Of a stretch of DNA of 64,000 bases, positions 61,736 through 64,000 are shown in pieces. The notes beneath the pieces were generated by a model. It was not told where the DNA came from. It did no database searches and saw only the letters and a list, made by a program, of their open reading frames with translations. The translations under genes were made by a program, and so were the position numbers. Origin of the DNA: Callorhinchus milii (Eukaryota); NCBI RefSeq assembly GCF_018977255.1, contig NW_024704751.1, positions 5,704,001-5,768,000 of the forward strand, given 5' to 3'. How positions within the stretch are numbered: position 1 is the stretch's first letter; every line of letters begins with the position of its first letter.

Positions 61736-64000
61736 AGTTGAGGTTTGCTCCGTGCATGTGATGTGGTAACTTTTATTAATGTGCACAATTGGCTGCTGCG
61801 TTTTTGTCCACAAGATATACAGTCAATTACATATATAGTATATTCTGTGAAGTGCTTTGAGATATCTCAAAGATATGATAAGGCGCTATATCAAATGCGA
61901 ATATTATTATGGTGAAACATATTGTTAATAGACTTTGGAGATTTTACATTATGCAATCCAATTTATGAAGGTGACACATTTTAATGGATTAGAAATGTCT
62001 GCTCCTGGATAATGTGAATCAAAGTGGTGTTAAACTTGACACAATTGAAGAATACAGGAATGTCTCTAATCCTGTTTCCAGAAAGTTTTTATTTCCTCTC
62101 AATGTAATGAATTTGATACAAAATATGTTTCTGCATATTGATATTTCTCCAATTGATTGCTTTTCAAACAGACAGCTGGGTTGACATGTGAATGTCAAAA
62201 TCAATAAGTTGCTATTTCTGACAGTTGACGCGATTGGGAGTACGGACATATTGATGATGACAACTGCGGAAACCTATTGATGTCAGTGAGCTCTTTTGTG
62301 ATATATATATTTTTTTTTTTTTGCACAAATGGGCTGGTGGGATTATCAGAGCATCCTGCCAAAACATTCGATCATTTACCAATCTGCATGTTTGACAGCA
62401 ATGCTAAAGTGAACACTAAATTAACTTGTGTTTTACATGGTGTATTATAGAGAAACTTAGACTGATAGTGGTTTTGTTGCAGATTTGCATGTCATTACTC
62501 TTTATGAAATTTATTTCTAATACGGCTTTTATATTTGCTTTGTTAGAATCCATTGTGGGATTTGTAGAAAGAAGGATCAGCTAAATATTTCATGTTGATT
62601 GCATTGTTTTGCAGTACTGAAATCTAGGTCCAAGTTCAATATTTTATATAAACAGTAGCAATAACACAGCTGTGATCCATTCTGGCTATGAACTCTTTGC
62701 CTTTTTCATTGCCAATGTCAATGAACGCTTCTGTATTAAAATAGGATAGTTGCATACAGAGATGTGATGCTGCTGTTTGCTTCAGAACCCTAACAGAGCA
62801 TTAGAGGTTGGAGTAGAGAAGGTCATGGGGAGTTATCCACCAGGGCATAGTCATTTAGCTGAATATTTTCTCATGACATACTCTCCCATTGCAACTTGAG
62901 GAAAAATGTCAAACATTCAAAAATGTGCAGGCGTTTCCCCTGGGTTTTATTTCTGGTTCCGACAAGCCAATTTAATCATTATTTAAAACAATACCTTTGA
63001 TTTTTAAAAGATAAATTTGAGATTAATTTGCAGAGTGTGCTTCTTCATAGCTGTGTTTTCAATGTCTATAATATTTAGATTTTGTGCCTAACCCAATCTT
63101 TATTTTACTTCTCTCTGTGCGATTCTGGTTCACTTTCTCCCAGCCTTCTCCCATTTGCCTTTTCTCTGTGTGACCCAACAATGTAAACAGTTCTAACTTT
63201 GTTTTATGGTTTGGTCATCGCTGGTATGTTCTCTTTCTTGGGCCTGCTTTGCTTTTCTCCCCAGCATCTTTGTATTCTTGTTCCACCACGATTCTGTTTC
63301 ATAGAAGTTGACGCAGATTTACGTGCATGCTTTTTGCATTGCTGCTTTATGTAATGCTGCTCTTTTACTTTATGTTGATACCCACTGCAATATTCTTTGA
63401 ATGATTTTTTCATATCCTGTTCTATGAGAAAAGTTTATGTAATGGTTAAAATATTGAAGCTTGCATCTGTGGTGATAAAGTATGTTCTGGCAGATAGCAG
63501 ATGTTGCTTTGGTTTATAAATCTTTTATTGACTGATAAAAGTTGTCTAGTTCATTGGAGATAATTTGTCAGCACATGATTGCAAGGCAGCGGCATACAAT
63601 TTATTTTGTCTTTTAAATGGCATGAAAACTAATATAAATGCTATTTTTCAGAAAAAAACTGCTTGAGTTTTGTGAATAATCTAATTCCAACAACATTATA
63701 ATATTTGATATTCCATCTTTCATGTCGGGAGGACGTATCATTGTAAGAGATGACAAGTTATATCATTCCATTGTTTCTGTTTACCTTTAGCAATCTCAAA
63801 AGGCCAGAAAAAAATGCTTAAGTGAAGAAATGTAATGATTGTCGTGATTGTGAAATGGTTGATGAGTGATGTGTGAGCTTATTTTGCACTTTTAAACTAA
63901 TGACTTAGCTAATAATAGCTAGCATGTAAAGTTAAAGAATGGAATTGGCACAGAAGAAACTAATCTGTCAATTGAACTAACGTACAACAGGATATGGAAC

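Overview
Eukaryotic, intron-containing vertebrate DNA. The repeat landscape (tRNA-headed SINEs with a Deu-like core and L2-type 3' tails ending in (TTA)n, plus CR1/L2 fragments) points to a cartilaginous fish, probably a holocephalan; this is an inference. I assembled seven genes by hand from GT-AG exons, left to right: blmh (minus, exons 1-6, the rest lies off the left edge), tmigd1 (minus, complete, 266 aa), an uncharacterised 4-exon class I SAM-dependent methyltransferase-like gene (plus, 254 aa), cryba1 (minus, 194 aa, only the short betaA1 start), a head-to-head crybb1-like crystallin (plus, 208 aa), a single-exon delta-type connexin of the cx39.2 group (plus, 355 aa), and the 5' part of myo18a (plus, CpG-island promoter and the 999-nt KE/PDZ coding exon). 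The block resembles human 17q11.2 but carries three genes I do not know from there. The main lead is the orphan methyltransferase-like gene. Other leads are a GUG-start candidate exon of blmh, a hammerhead-like fold between the crystallin promoters, twin palindromes upstream of myo18a, a SINE tail acting as a crystallin splice acceptor, and a candidate myo18a cassette exon. Repeat boundaries are approximate, and comparisons with human sequences are from memory.
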